From the NCBI GenBank assembly GCA_964276515.1, contig OZ193909.1, positions 4,030,001-4,094,000 on the forward strand: a stretch of DNA of 64,000 bases, written 5' to 3'. The position numbers were made by a program, and so were the translations under genes. This DNA comes from Gordius albopunctatus. Its lineage: Eukaryota. The notes under the pieces were generated by a model. That model searched no databases. It had not been told where the DNA came from and saw only the letters and a program-made list of their open reading frames with translations. Positions 39,601 to 53,160 of the stretch are shown piece after piece; within the stretch, counting starts at the first letter, position 1; every line of letters starts with the position of its first letter.

Positions 39601-40948
39601 AATCCATCGTAAGATTGGGGTTACTTTACAGAGGCACTATACGTCACGGAAGAAAAGTTGGTGCAGGCCATGGAGAAGAGAGTCATATGGTGGAGCCTTG
39701 GGTATACTAAGCTCGACCATATGTTTCTCAGGACGAAAATGGATATTCAACTTATGACGGACTTAACGAAAAAAGATGGGCACATACTAAGAAGGAAGAC
39801 GAGTGATGTATTCGAAAAGTACTGTATATGGGGGTATCGTGGAAAGGAGGAGGAGGACGCTCTTGTCTCATTGCAAGGACAAGTGGACAAAGTTATGAAT
39901 AATAAGAATATTAACCAAGACATGGCCCTTACCAATTCAAGATAAAAGAAAACTGTCAAAACAAATCCGACGACAGTGAGATCAAATACTTGATAAAGAA
40001 GAAGAAAATTTTCTTAATTCTAAATTAATTTTTTGATAGCCAAATCATAAATAACATAACTGATAAATTGGAAATGAATATATTATGTGTCATAATTATT
40101 ATAACCGTCTTGGCAATAGCCTCCGGAATAGTTATCATGGCATATGCACCAACCATAAAAATCACATTCACCAAATGAGCCTTTCAAGTTACACGAACAA
40201 TCTATTAATAAGCATGTGAAATATGCGTAAACAAAAGAATATATGTTTTTATAAATGTGTTTTATTGAAAGTATTTAACATTTTTTAACTGTTTATTTTA
40301 TCAAAGTTATTATTAACGTTAAATTTTAGTTAATTTATATAGTATTAAGATTATGAGGCATTATTTAGTGGAACTAGATTTGTAGTTTTAGGCTGTGAAG
40401 TGGGCTAATTTTCGAAACGTTTTAATATTATTTACTAACTAATGAAAGCCTTTTACTACTTCTAAATTTTTTAATTCAAAAAAGTTTATTTTAATCCTTT
40501 CTGATTTGTTTAAAAAGAATTGATTGTTTGATTCTGTTCTACAAACCTTAACCAACGAATATAGTTTAAATATCCAAATGAAAAACGATATTTGATTTTT
40601 CATATTGAGTTAGGTTCTAATCGAAATGTTATGACTTTTTTTAAACTTTTTCATTGATACTTTTAAAGGTGTTATTTTACTTTGTGAGCAATCAATTCCA
40701 TAACTTCCTATAGGACACGCATTGAAATTGTCATTAAATTCTTCGTACGTTAGCGCAAAGTTGACTTTATATAGAACTAAATTTTAAAAAATTTTGGAAT
40801 TTTAACAAAATATCAAAATATTGAATAGGTAATTTTTAATAATTTCCAATGATTTAAATCGATATAATTATATTTAATATAAGTCAAATATATATTAAAG
40901 CTTACTCGCCAATATAAATAATAAATATTTATGCATAAAATTTTGCAT
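35701..40948 (-). CDS. Multi-EGF-like protein, copy 3 (exons 40906-40948, 40681-40776, 40106-40201, 38596-38679, 38426-38509, 36692-36787, 35701-35871; last exon falls in the gap)
   Basis: Same exons and splice sites as copy 2. Confidence 0.82.
37852..38406. mobile_element. piggyBac-like MITE (copy 3)
   Basis: Copy of 2103-2657. Confidence 0.9.
39089..40007 (+). mobile_element. RTE LINE fragment (copy 3)
   Basis: Copy of 3340-4258. Confidence 0.8.
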
Positions 40949-40982
40949 TACGACTTTAATTTGTATAATTTTCAAATAATAT

Positions 40983-41439
40983 CTCAACTAATTAATTGTT
41001 ATTATATATATTTGTACTTTAGCTCGTTTTACTCAACTAATTAATTATTATTATTATTAATACTTCAGCTCGTTTTACTAAACTAATTAATTGTTACTAT
41101 TAATATTTGTACTTCCGTTCGTTTTACTCAACTAATTAATTTTTACTATTAAAATTTGTACTTCAGTTCGTTTTACTCAAGTAATTAATTGTTTCTATTA
41201 ATATTTGTAATTCAGCTCGTTTTACTAAACTAATTAATTTTTACTATTAATATTTGTACTTCAGTTCGTTTTACTCAACTAATTAATTGTTATTATTAAT
41301 ATTTGTACTTGAGCTCATTTTACTAAACTAATTAATTGTTATTATTAATATTTGTACTTGAGCTCATTTTACTAAACTAATTAATTGTTACTATTAATAT
41401 TTGTACTTCAGCTCGTTTTATTCAACTAATTAATTGTTA
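40983..41439. repeat. 49-bp minisatellite (copy 3, different variant units)
   Basis: Same consensus, but central units read CTTCAGTTCG and CTTGAGCTCATT. Confidence 0.97.
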
Positions 41440-41603
41440 TATTAGAAATTAGTAAATAAATTGCAGGTTAATGATTGTTGGCTTATAAATGACAATACAC
41501 TAATCATTTATTAATTTCATTCTTTATACTTTATTAAATCATTTTTGCTACCTATATATACATCAAATTATGACGATTAAAAAATAATTCATTTAAGCTA
41601 TAA

Positions 41604-43758
41604 ATAGACATCGTTTGGCCTTGCGCCTTATTGATTGTCATGGGAATGCCAATCTAATTGGAAATTTTATGCGTTTGAATTCAATCGGCATATATGTGGG
41701 AATCATAGGGATTCGTGACAGCATACATGTTCACATCGAACCTTGCCATTCAAAATGCTGACTTCGAGTTTTTCATTAATATTTTAATGACACAGCCAAT
41801 GCAATGCCTTTTTTGTATCGTATGTCGGCAAGGATTATCGAAATGAGAAATGTTTTGCCAGTTCTACCATATGTCTTTATTTTTGTATTTCGCTTATTAA
41901 TGTAACTTTGTTTCTTGAAAATAAACTTTAACAAAAAAAAAAAAAAAGAAACCCCTTGTCCTGACGAAACTATCAGCATAATGCGGTCGTAAATGGTTTT
42001 TTGTTCATGAGTTAGTGGTGGGACATTGCGAGTAACAATCGCTGCCATTTCTAAAGTATTATACTGCAGTTCAAGACTCATATCAGTGTTGAGTAAATCA
42101 GATGTACATTGATTTGGTTAACTCATACCAAAATGACTAATTTTAAAAACATTCAGTCAACACTATAGCGAATAGTTGACGAATTTGTGTTCCTGTATAG
42201 TTTAATGCTGCTTCAGTAAGAATACTGTCCTGATAGTTGTCGTCTTCTAGCAAGCCTAATGTAGGGCATGCATCTTTATACGCTAGATACTGTTGTCCAT
42301 TTACTTTACATATATCGTGAAATGACCATGAGCCGGTGCCATTAACCAACAACAGTCGCAGTTGAAAGAACTAAGTCTGCATTGGATTCACTGTATATAC
42401 ACTATGTCGATGATTGATTAAAATATCCACATGGGCCATGATTATGTTTGTAGTAACAATATCAAACAATAATTTATCAGTACACGGATTTGGAATTTCT
42501 GCATAAATTAAACTATCAATGTCTTCAGGAGATATTTTGTCGATGAACTAAATCAAAATGTGAGCAAGTGCTAATCCTCGTGTTGTATATTGCCAATTAA
42601 TTTATTGAAGTAACCTAATAAGTGGTGGGAATAAAATTTAATTTAATTAGTGGTGTGAATAAAAGGTTGAGAAACTATTTATCGTCTGTGGGAGATTCCT
42701 AATTAATGGTTTGTTTAAGGCACTAATTAGAAACAGGCGAATATGTTAAAGGCATTCCTCATGCAAATTGAGATGTGCAGTACATCAACCTGTCGTAAGG
42801 TTGAGGGCATCCCTAATGCAAATTGAGAAGTTCAGTACATCGACAGGGTTTAAATAGCTGTATTTTTATCCTGCAAATAATAATATTTTTTTTCTTACTT
42901 AGAACTCGGTTGTCCTGTTGCAACTATCTCAGAAAACCTACACCACCCCTAATCCAATACCTTCATTAGTCCTTCCACATCACCCAATATCACCTATTTT
43001 GCGCACTTATATTTCGACCGCGCACAAATAATTGATATCGTTTAACGCTTGCATTTAAATCCAAGATATTGTTGTCTTGACAATTTGATTAAATATCATT
43101 ATAAGTTATAACTCGTATTCGTCCATTGGATTTCTTTGGTGAACAATAAACTGATTATCAAGTTTTAAAGTACTCATTCGAATACATCCAGCAACGTGCG
43201 GGGCAAAATATTATTGCGGATATGTTAATAAATAGAATACTTTTAATAAATAGAATACTTCAGCTCTTTTTTTATATGAAAGATTATTTAAATTGTTGCA
43301 TTTTACAGTACTCCTGTATGACGTCATGAGGTTGCTTTTGATTGACATTTTATTAAACGTCAAAACGTATGTAACAAAATAACTTGAACGTCTTATCACT
43401 TAGTGGTTTAAAAAATAGTTTAAAACCAATTCTCAGACCTACCAAATATTCGCAGAAATTTTTGTTGTTGTAGCCGCAACGTGCATTCACGCGATTAGCG
43501 AGTGCGCGTTCGCAGTCGCCACCACCCATAAAGTAAATTTGTAAAAATATTCTTTTGGCATCGGCAGCAATGAACCCCCTTTGTGAAAACCTTGCTTTTC
43601 ATTTTAAACGTTGAATTAAATTGTTGACAGTTTTCAGCATTATTCTCAACTATTTCTTTTGCTCCGAACGATGTCATTTGGAAGCATAAATCGAATGTCC
43701 GAATTGACTTGAGGAACAGACTAGAATCAGGATCCGTACCGATAAGTAAACCGTGCAA
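41604..43758 (-). mobile_element. Helitron remnant (copy 3)
   Basis: Copy of 5855-8016; reads through GKTFLISIILADIR and has a 7-bp deletion near 43548. Confidence 0.9.
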
Positions 43759-43771
43759 TGGTTACAATAAA

Positions 43772-45135
43772 TCATTCGTTTTGACATAAATAAATCTTTT
43801 TGCCTGTGATAAAATTCTAATACATATTAAATAGTCCTTTCGAAATCCCTATGCCCCTTGTGCTCCAGAAATATCTAATTAAACAAAAAGTATTGTTTTT
43901 TACAACATAGCCCTGTTACAAATAAATGCCCCTCATCAGGGAAGTTCGCTCCCCCAAACATAATACGTCCACCATCTACCTTAATATTGGATGATAACAT
44001 TAATTTTAGCCCTTCTGGTACAGATATACCTAATCTAATACATCATCAAACCTACTATACCACAAATGAAAAAAATGACATGACATGGAGCAGAGCCTTT
44101 TTATCTCAAGCATTCCCACCAACCATATCCAGAATTCCAAGGGGGGCCCTGGCGTGCATGCAACAGTTTTTAATAAAATTACTTAACAATATTATTTCTC
44201 TCCCTCCGAACCTATCCTATTGGAAGAAATTATTTAAATTCTCTTTTTACATTTGATATATTCCTCAAGACAAGGAAGCAATAATTACTCATAATAAACA
44301 GCCCTCCAGCATATAACATGGATAGAAAGGAATCCCAAATATTAACCCCCAAACAAAAAGCGAAAAAAAACTCTAGAAAAATTCACTCATTCAACATCAA
44401 AAGCGCAATGAGATACCTCGAAGAAGACAATTCATTTTTGAGTCCTTCACAAAAATCATATGAAGAAATGGTTCTCAAACATCCCCAGAGTCTATCTTCT
44501 ACTTACCTATCGCCCTCGCAACCTTCAGATATTGCTTTTAAGTCATCAGACATTCGAGATGCCATCTTATCTTTTCCCATGGATTCTGCAGGTGGTCTCG
44601 ACGGCATAAAACCAATTTTTTTAAAATATCTTATAACAATTGATAATAATAACTCCTCCATCTTACTAGACTTACTCACCAAATTTTGTAACCTTTTAGT
44701 CAATGAGAGTATACCTAAAGAAATAACGCCCATAGTCTTTGGAGCTAAGCTTTTAGCTATTAGGAAGGCCGACAATTCAGCCAGGCCTATCCCTATCGGC
44801 GGTGTCTTCCGAAGAATTATTTCTAAATTAATTTGCTCGGCGATCAAACCAATATTGACCCCTACTTTAAAACCGCATCAACTAGGCTTCGGGGTCGAAG
44901 GAGGGTGCGAGATAGCTACCCATGCCGCACGCTTAGCCCTGGAACACCTCGCTCTGGGTGACTCCTTTATAAAACTGGATTTTAAAAATGCTTTCAATAG
45001 CATTCGCCGCACTGCCTTCATTAATGGTTTTATCAAGCTATTTCCCCAATACACCAACTACATCATTTTAAGTTCCGGATGTCCTTCGATTTCGAAATTT
45101 GGAGAATTCTTCCTTGAATCCGCAGAAGGGATCCA
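43772..45135 (+). mobile_element. CRE-like family A 5' half (copy 3)
   Basis: Copy of 8030-9393. Confidence 0.92.
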
Positions 45136-46049
45136 AATAAATATATCGTTAATGGCAAAGTTAGTTAGAACTAGAAAGTAATTATTTAGAATACAAATTT
45201 GATTAAAATGTTTGTCATAAAATAAAATACGCATGCTCTCATTTAAAGTTTACAATTATATGTTCTTGATCCTTTGATAATGCCACTTTTATTTTTGTTT
45301 TACGTTATAATATGTGCAACTAATTATCAATTCTTTAAATAATATTATTATCATTAAAAATCACTCTCATTTTGTGGATTATAACGCTATATTCAATAAT
45401 TAATTCAAATATTATAAATTTTCAAGTCTTTTACATTTTACAGACACGGTGAATTAGATAAAATGTTAAATTTGCTGGAACTATAAATTCAACTTTATAT
45501 ACATCAAAATTATTTATAGCTTATTTTTGATTTGCACTTTCCATAGAAAATATTATCTGTATGAATTAGTTCATTATATTTATTTTGTCAATGAGATGTC
45601 GTGTCGTGCTAGATCTTTAAGGAGTTTGTGTATTTATGTTCTTAGAAAAATATAAAAAGTTTTCCATTTGGATTTTTTTATCACTTATTTAATATTTTTA
45701 ACAAAACATAAGAAATTTTAATTTCGTATAAATTTTTTATAAAATAAGTCGAGACAAGTCGAGAATTCTCGTCGAGACGAGATTTTTCTAAACCGAGACG
45801 AGATCTTGTGAAAGGGTTTTGTTGAATTTATTATAAGAGGGAGATTATCCACTGTTTTAATGCATTTTTTGAAACAAAATTATTCTTCTCTATGACATTA
45901 AAATATTGCACCTTTAAAAATCAATGAGGCTATTTATCAAGTCTATGCTATTTACTTATACTTTAAGGATGTCGCTGATCTCTTTATTTAGATACTGACC
46001 CCATGAAAAATCATTCACGGATATTGAGATAATTTTTTTCAAGATCGAC

Positions 46050-47680
46050 ATGTTCATTACATTACTCTGCTTCGGTGAGTTTTTATTTTTTCATTCAAAA
46101 ATTATTATGTTATAAATCTATTTAGCCTTAACACTCATAACTGTGAGTTTGAGTGCAGACGTTAATCCACAGGTCATTAGTAAGCATCAAAATAGCGTGT
46201 ATCATCAATAAATATAACCAAAATTACGTATTTTCACCGTTTAACCTTAAAACTGCCATGTACATATACGCGGCGGGAACTAGAGATGAAACTTGCTACG
46301 CTGAACTAGGAAATTTTTTGCAGCAGTCTTTGACACACGAATACATTAGAAGGTAGTCAGGTTTTTTGAGCAAATATCAAGACTACAAAAACGATGCAAC
46401 CGAAATTAAAATATTAAATGAGCTATTTGTCAATAATAGAATGACTATAAATCCAAATTATGCTAACGCCGTAAAGAAAATATTTAGGGCCTTGGTGACC
46501 CCGACTAGTTACAATTCACCAGATCAAACTTTTAAAGCCATCAATGCTAAAGTAGCTCAGCCTACTCGTAACAGAATTCGGGATTTATTTTCCCCTAGAG
46601 ATATTACAAGCAACACTCTTATAGCTTCTCTCAGCACTCTCTATTTTAAAGGACTGTGGGAAGTTCCGTTCGATAAGAGCTAATTTTTTAAGCCCACTTT
46701 ATATTTTCTAATTAATTTTTGAAGATGAACGACTCAGCAAAATATTCATACAGAAGACGGTCGATATGTCTTAACACCCGTGATGAATATTGCTTAATTA
46801 GAGATCGAACAATATACAGACATGAGAGATTTGGCCAATTATTTAATCTTGAATCACAAAGAGACCAAATTTAAAACATTCCTAATTCTTCCCAATTCCA
46901 AATCAACGTTAAAAGCACTCAAATACAAACTTTTTATGGATCCTAATATATTAGTGAATGCACTCAAGAAAGCTTCCATCAAAATTCCTAACATCTCCAT
47001 ACCTCTGATTGATCGTAAAACAAACTTGCAGATAGTATCGAGGTTGTTTCCAATAATGGTAATTTAGGATTGATAAAATGGGAGGGTGGAAATGGGTTTA
47101 CATATTTCGGTCGTCCAGCGACCATTATCAATAAAAAAAGGGTAAATTACAAGTGATGTGGATTACAAATAAGGAACGAAGGACGATTTGATAATGGTCG
47201 CTGGACGACCGAAATATCTAAACCCATTTCCACCCTCCCATTTTATCAATCATAAATTACCATTAGTGGAAACAAATTGGATACTACATAATGGATTGGT
47301 ATTACATAATTTTATTAAACTTGCAGATGAACACGATATTGGCGAATTCTAATCTAAGTTGCATCTTTAAGTAACTATCGATATATATTTGGAGATGAAT
47401 TTTATGTATAAATGTATATAACTGAACTTCCATTATGCATGTTTCCAGCCATAGTTTGAACAATATCGTCAAATCACGAGCCTTGTCGTTGGATAAAATG
47501 GTTCATAAAGTCAATTTTCAAATGAACGAAAAAGGAAGTAAAGGGGCAGCGGCCACTGGTGGAGCCCTCGAAGATAGAGCATTTGACAATATGTTTTTTA
47601 ATAGACCGTTATTGCATTTACTAATCGAAGTTGAGTCTGGAAATGTTTTATTTCCGGGAAGATATTCAAGCCCAGATTAA
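46050..47680 (+). pseudogene. Serpin pseudogene, copy 3 (foldback MITE at 47033-47316)
   Basis: Copy of 10308-11938 with the same lesions. Confidence 0.9.
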
Positions 47681-48986
47681 AGGCGATCGACCGAGACGCA
47701 TTATGATGCATTTTTTTGAAATTTATAATCAAAAATATATGTAACACAAAATTAGTTTAGATGATTGCATACATTTAAATATTATAGAAATGTTCTGTTT
47801 ATATATAAAGCTTAGCCATCATATGGGTTAACAAGTGAGGAAGAATTGAAAAAAACTTCTGGTGAGCCACAGTGAAAATCAAGATTAGCAAAGTAAAATC
47901 GTCGAAAAAAGACACACTTTTGAAAGTTTAAGGATTTTTACCATTCTTTATAGGTGATTGAGAAGCATGCCTTTTGAAAATAAAAATCCCAGCGAATAAG
48001 ATACTCGATATTATTATGGTAATTATAATCTTATTATTATATTTAAATCATATTCAGTAATTTTGTAAGAAATTTTTATATATTTTTTATATGCGCACTT
48101 TCTATCCTTTATTTCCTACTATTAAAAATGTACAAAATGTGTAATAACAACTAATAACGATCAACCAATCGAATGATGATTTCTAGAAAATAAATGTAAG
48201 TATTAATGTAAGTGTTGGACGATGGCTGTGAGAAATTGCCGTGAAATTAATCCGCTAGAATGAGCGACGACTACGAGTAAATTTAAGGTATTGGGTAAGG
48301 GGGACCGTTTGGTTCTTCCTTCATGCTACCGCTTGACCCACGAGATTCAAAGATGAAAAATAAAATATCCCCCCCCCCCGCCCCACAGGACTAACGAGTA
48401 GAAAAATAAATATATCATTGTATCATGGTCAAATGCCCGCTATTTACACCTTGTCGATGCACTTCTCATTTGCATGAGGGATGCCGACAGTTCCATGTAC
48501 TGCACATCTCCACTAATATGAGGCATGCTTTTTATATATTCGCCTGCTTATAATTAGTGCCCATTATTCACATAACTAATTTTAGTTGGCAAGATACAAC
48601 AGGCTATCCTTCCTAGCTCATTTGCATAAGCGAGTAAGTAAAGTGATTCAACTAAAACTACAACAATATTCAATATTTCCTGGTTGTTTTGTTATTTAAA
48701 AGAATTGACTTTTCTACTAATAGTCAATTTTCAGTAAAAATGTTGTTAAACATTTGATTTATATTTTAAACTTAATTTTGGCAATTTCGGACACAGATTT
48801 AGAAATAAAGTTGACATATATGGGGTGATAAACTATCGTCTCTATTGATAAAAAATGTCCTAACCCTTTCGTCACAGATATTAAATAAAAATAAGATTTT
48901 TTAATCAACTAACAAATTTTTTATATATGATAATGTACATAAAAGCATATCTAGCCGCAAGCAATAGGAAAAATCATTATATTTGC

Positions 48987-51752
48987 CAATGCTTTTAACA
49001 GCATTCGAAGAGAAACCCTCATTAACACTTTTTTAGCTGTATCCACACAATTTTTAAATTACATTTTATTAAGCTATGGTTCTATAACCAAGCTTCGATT
49101 CGGCGAATACCTCATTGACTCGTCCGAAGGCATCCAACAAGGAGATCCATTAGGCCCTCCTTTATTTTGTTTAGGCATTCATAATTCAGTCGAGGCTATA
49201 TCATCTCAGTGTACCCTCGATTTAAATATTTTGTATCAACGACGCCACACTATTTGGCCGCCCGGAGGAGATTAGTAAAGCTCTAGAAATCATCAAAAAC
49301 TTTGAACCCACTCTAAATCTTAAATCATACTCGAAAAAATGTTAAATCTTTTAGGTTCCCAACACTATTGACTTTCCAGTTTTTGAAACATTTTTAGTTT
49401 TAGAGAGAGAAAACATATAGGGAAGACCAGGGCTACTTTAGCCATAAAAAATTAAATCGCGTTTAAAAAAAACTAAAAACAATTTTTCCATTTTTTTTGT
49501 TGGAATATATTTTTAAGGTCTATTTTTACTATAGGAAAAATATTTGGAGGGAAATAAAAGTTTATCACAAATTAAGTTTAAAAAAACAAAAATCTAAAAT
49601 ATTTTGAAAATAACCGGATCTAGTCATAGCCGTTAGATTTTTTTTAATGTATATATTGTTTATTTGAATGTAAGAACGTTATAAAAAACGAAGTGTTAAA
49701 ATTCGAAAAATATAAGAGCGGGTAGAAAACAAAATAAAAAAATTATAATTAAAAAGCGTCGCATGTATCATATAATAAAAGTTTAAAATTGTACTTTGTT
49801 ATTAAAATACCAATTTTTTGTTTAACTATAAAATTTGTGGAATATTTAGAGGGCGGGCAGCGACGGCTGATATCTTTAAAAGGCTTGATGGCGGCAGGAC
49901 CAAAAGTCCCAGAACATGAGGCAACGATAGGGGTAAAGATATTAGAGGGTAGGAGGGCTTCTGACGTTTTCACATCTTATAAGTTTATGCTAACTCAAAT
50001 CAATAAAAATATTCTTTCATTATAAAAATGTAGAAAATACAAATGTAATATGATTGTATTTTATATAAAAGAAATAAAAATAGAGTCAAGATGATAATCT
50101 GACTTAAGAACACTCAAAAGGCGGATTTAGCAATGGAAAAAGACTTTTAGTCGTTTTATAATGTATAATCATAGTCTATTTCTATTCCAAATAACACTAT
50201 GTTAGATTATTAAACAAAATTTTTTGTTTTTTAATAAAAAATGGCTAGCAATAGCCCCTCTCCGACTAGCCCCGACCCCTATTTTCATAAACAATTAAAA
50301 GTTTAAGATGTTATATTGCATATAAAAATTTAATCATTAGACAATTTTTATATAGAAATCTCCCTTTATAAGATAAAAGTTAAATACATCCAAAATATTC
50401 AGCCTAAAAAATTTTATGTGCTAAATAAAAAATTTTGTAAAGGCTACTAATAGCCCCGAAAAATAGTTTTTTCTCAATATAAATTTTAAATTTTATTTTT
50501 TCTAAGCATATTTTTTTGCTTATGGCTTATGGAAAAATACACATATGGTTTAAATTTTGCTTTAATATCAATATTATTTTACAAAATAATTAGAAAGATA
50601 ATAGTAACCCCGGGCTACGACTAGCCCCGGTCTTTCCTACCTTTTGGGATCATCCATTGGCGGCGAAAAATCTCTTTTAAATTTGCTTCATAAGAACCTC
50701 GAAATATTAAAATCTAAAACGGAACTTTTAAAATGCTTGCCTGCACATCACATTTTTTACTTAATCAAAAACTATTTCAACATTTAAAAGATTTATCATT
50801 GTTTTCGCTCATCTGCTGCATTTTGACACCAACACGTTTTAAAGTCGCACGAAGGCTTTTTAAAAACTTTATTAGAAAAAATTTAAAATTTAATACTAAC
50901 AATCGGATTCAAGCATCCCTTCCAACCAAATATGGAGGATCAGGAATTCGTCCTGGCGGCAGCCTATCGCTAGCTGCTTTTATTTCCTCTTTTAAGTCAG
51001 TCCAAAACTCAATTTTTAATCTCACAACATATGATTCCGACCCTCTGTTAACTCAAGCCTTGGAGCTTTGGAATTTGAATGTGACACCAGAGACTATTTA
51101 ACCTCAAAGTACGAGACAAGATTGGGATTCTTGACTAGTATCGCGCTCCGTTGATTACCTTTTATCGAGCAGCGATGATGGCCAGCATTACAACCTTAGG
51201 TCCCTCGCTTTTTATGGTTCCAGTCACGAGTGGCTTGAAGCCTACCCATGCAATCCCCTCAATCCGTGAGCCGTTAGATCCCTCTCTTGAAGGTAGGATG
51301 CGCCCTGACAGTTCTTCTCTAGTCCCCTGGCAAAATAGCCTATCCCTCAAATGGGATTTTACTTGTATTGACATATTTGCCTCTTCCCATTTTAATTACG
51401 ACCCTATCGCTGCAGCAAAAGGGCGTAAAACTACAAAGTACTCTGCCCTTTTGGCATCCAATATTTTTATCACTGTCGTTGCCTCGTGCTCCTGTTCTTT
51501 TGGTAAGCAGGTAATGGGGTTTTTTAAAGAAATCGGAAAACGCTCACCGAAATCTAAAATTTCTTAGTCCTTTTTACTCAGGCAACAACTAGGGATTATT
51601 ATTCTACGATACAACTATAAATCCTTTGCCGACTCATGGCCCATTTCAGGAGATCATGATATAGATCTATGTATCTAACTAATAGGTCTTTATTTATTTT
51701 TGTATTTAGCTTATTTATGTAACTTTGTTTCATTAAAATAAACTTTTTAACC
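48987..51752 (+). mobile_element. CRE-like family B with nested MITE (49420-50637) and family C fragment (copy 3)
   Basis: Copy of 13243-16008. Confidence 0.88.
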
Positions 51753-53160
51753 ATAAAAATCATTATATTAGTCAGATTTTGATTGCCATGATCGATATTA
51801 GTTAGTCTTAAATAGTTTTGTGATACAGTGTCAAATATAATTCTATATTATTAGCCAGGTATGAAGAAGGTTATGCTCCCAAAAATTCGTTTAAATAAAA
51901 GGCATGTATTTTGTTGCCAAATTTTTTGGTAGACTCTTTTGATGAAATTTTGACTTTTGCATTCGTCTTTAATCTATCGATTCTTGCAGAATTGTTTATC
52001 AGTTATCTTTGGAGTTAATTTGTTACGAGAAATTTCGATGGAAGGCATTAATATGTTCACAAATCACAATAAAGTAAAGTAATGGTTAATAAATCGCTAT
52101 AACTAATTTCGCCATGACTTTATTAGTTATCATGGCGTCAGGGGGTGGTAGGGAGGGGCAGCTGGCGCCCTCTAAATCCGAAAATACTTTAAAATTTCAT
52201 AAAATTCTCATTTTGCCTCTCTTTAAACGTTATTGCCTCTAATGATGGTGTTAAGTAAGATATAATATTGATATGAGTTTATATCAGCAAGATTCATCCA
52301 TATAATCCCATCTACAGAATAAAACTTTGGCGAACCTTTTAAGTTTGCGAGGACAAATAGAAGTTGACAATAAAGCGCGTCGCAATATAACATGACCAAG
52401 GTGAATTCGTTTCAAATAAATATTTTAACGATTTTTTAGATACGAGTTAATTAAATAAAAGTTATTGGTAAGATTTTTTTCTCATAGATTCTTGATAACA
52501 GATCATAATAATAATAAGGTTCTAATTTTTTTTAAATAAATTATAATATTTGTATTTTATCATGATAAAATATTTTGTGTATACCAAAAAATGTCCTATT
52601 ATAAAGCATACATCGATAGCAATTAATATGGAAATTTATTAGTGTAAATAATATAAATTACACAAAGCTATAAGGGTATATGTAAAAAATAATAAGCCAT
52701 GTTATGATATTTTTTGGGCGTTAAGTTGAAGCCATTCTTTTATTGGATCGGATGTTGACTTCTAGAAAAATAGAATAATATTTATTGGTTTCTTAATTTA
52801 TTTAACTAATAGTTTTTATGATGCTCTGAGATCAACAGCGAAACTTGTATAGCTTTCAACACACCCGATCTATAGTGAAACAAGTAGATACGGTGCACTT
52901 TTGAGGAATTTGATTTGCAAAATGCTCGACTCTGGTCTATTTTTAAAATTTCGACTAAGTCTAGAGGTCGACTAAGGAGAACAGACCAAAAAACCTTTGG
53001 TTTGTTTATGTTTAATCCACTAAAACCGAAGGTCGACCAAATAAAACCCACCCGTTTTTACTACACTACGCTAAAGAGACAAATTTGACAATCGTCTTAG
53101 TTTTCCATCTCAAATGATTAGCCATTTTTTATGCTGATTTATGAGAACAGGTATATTAGC

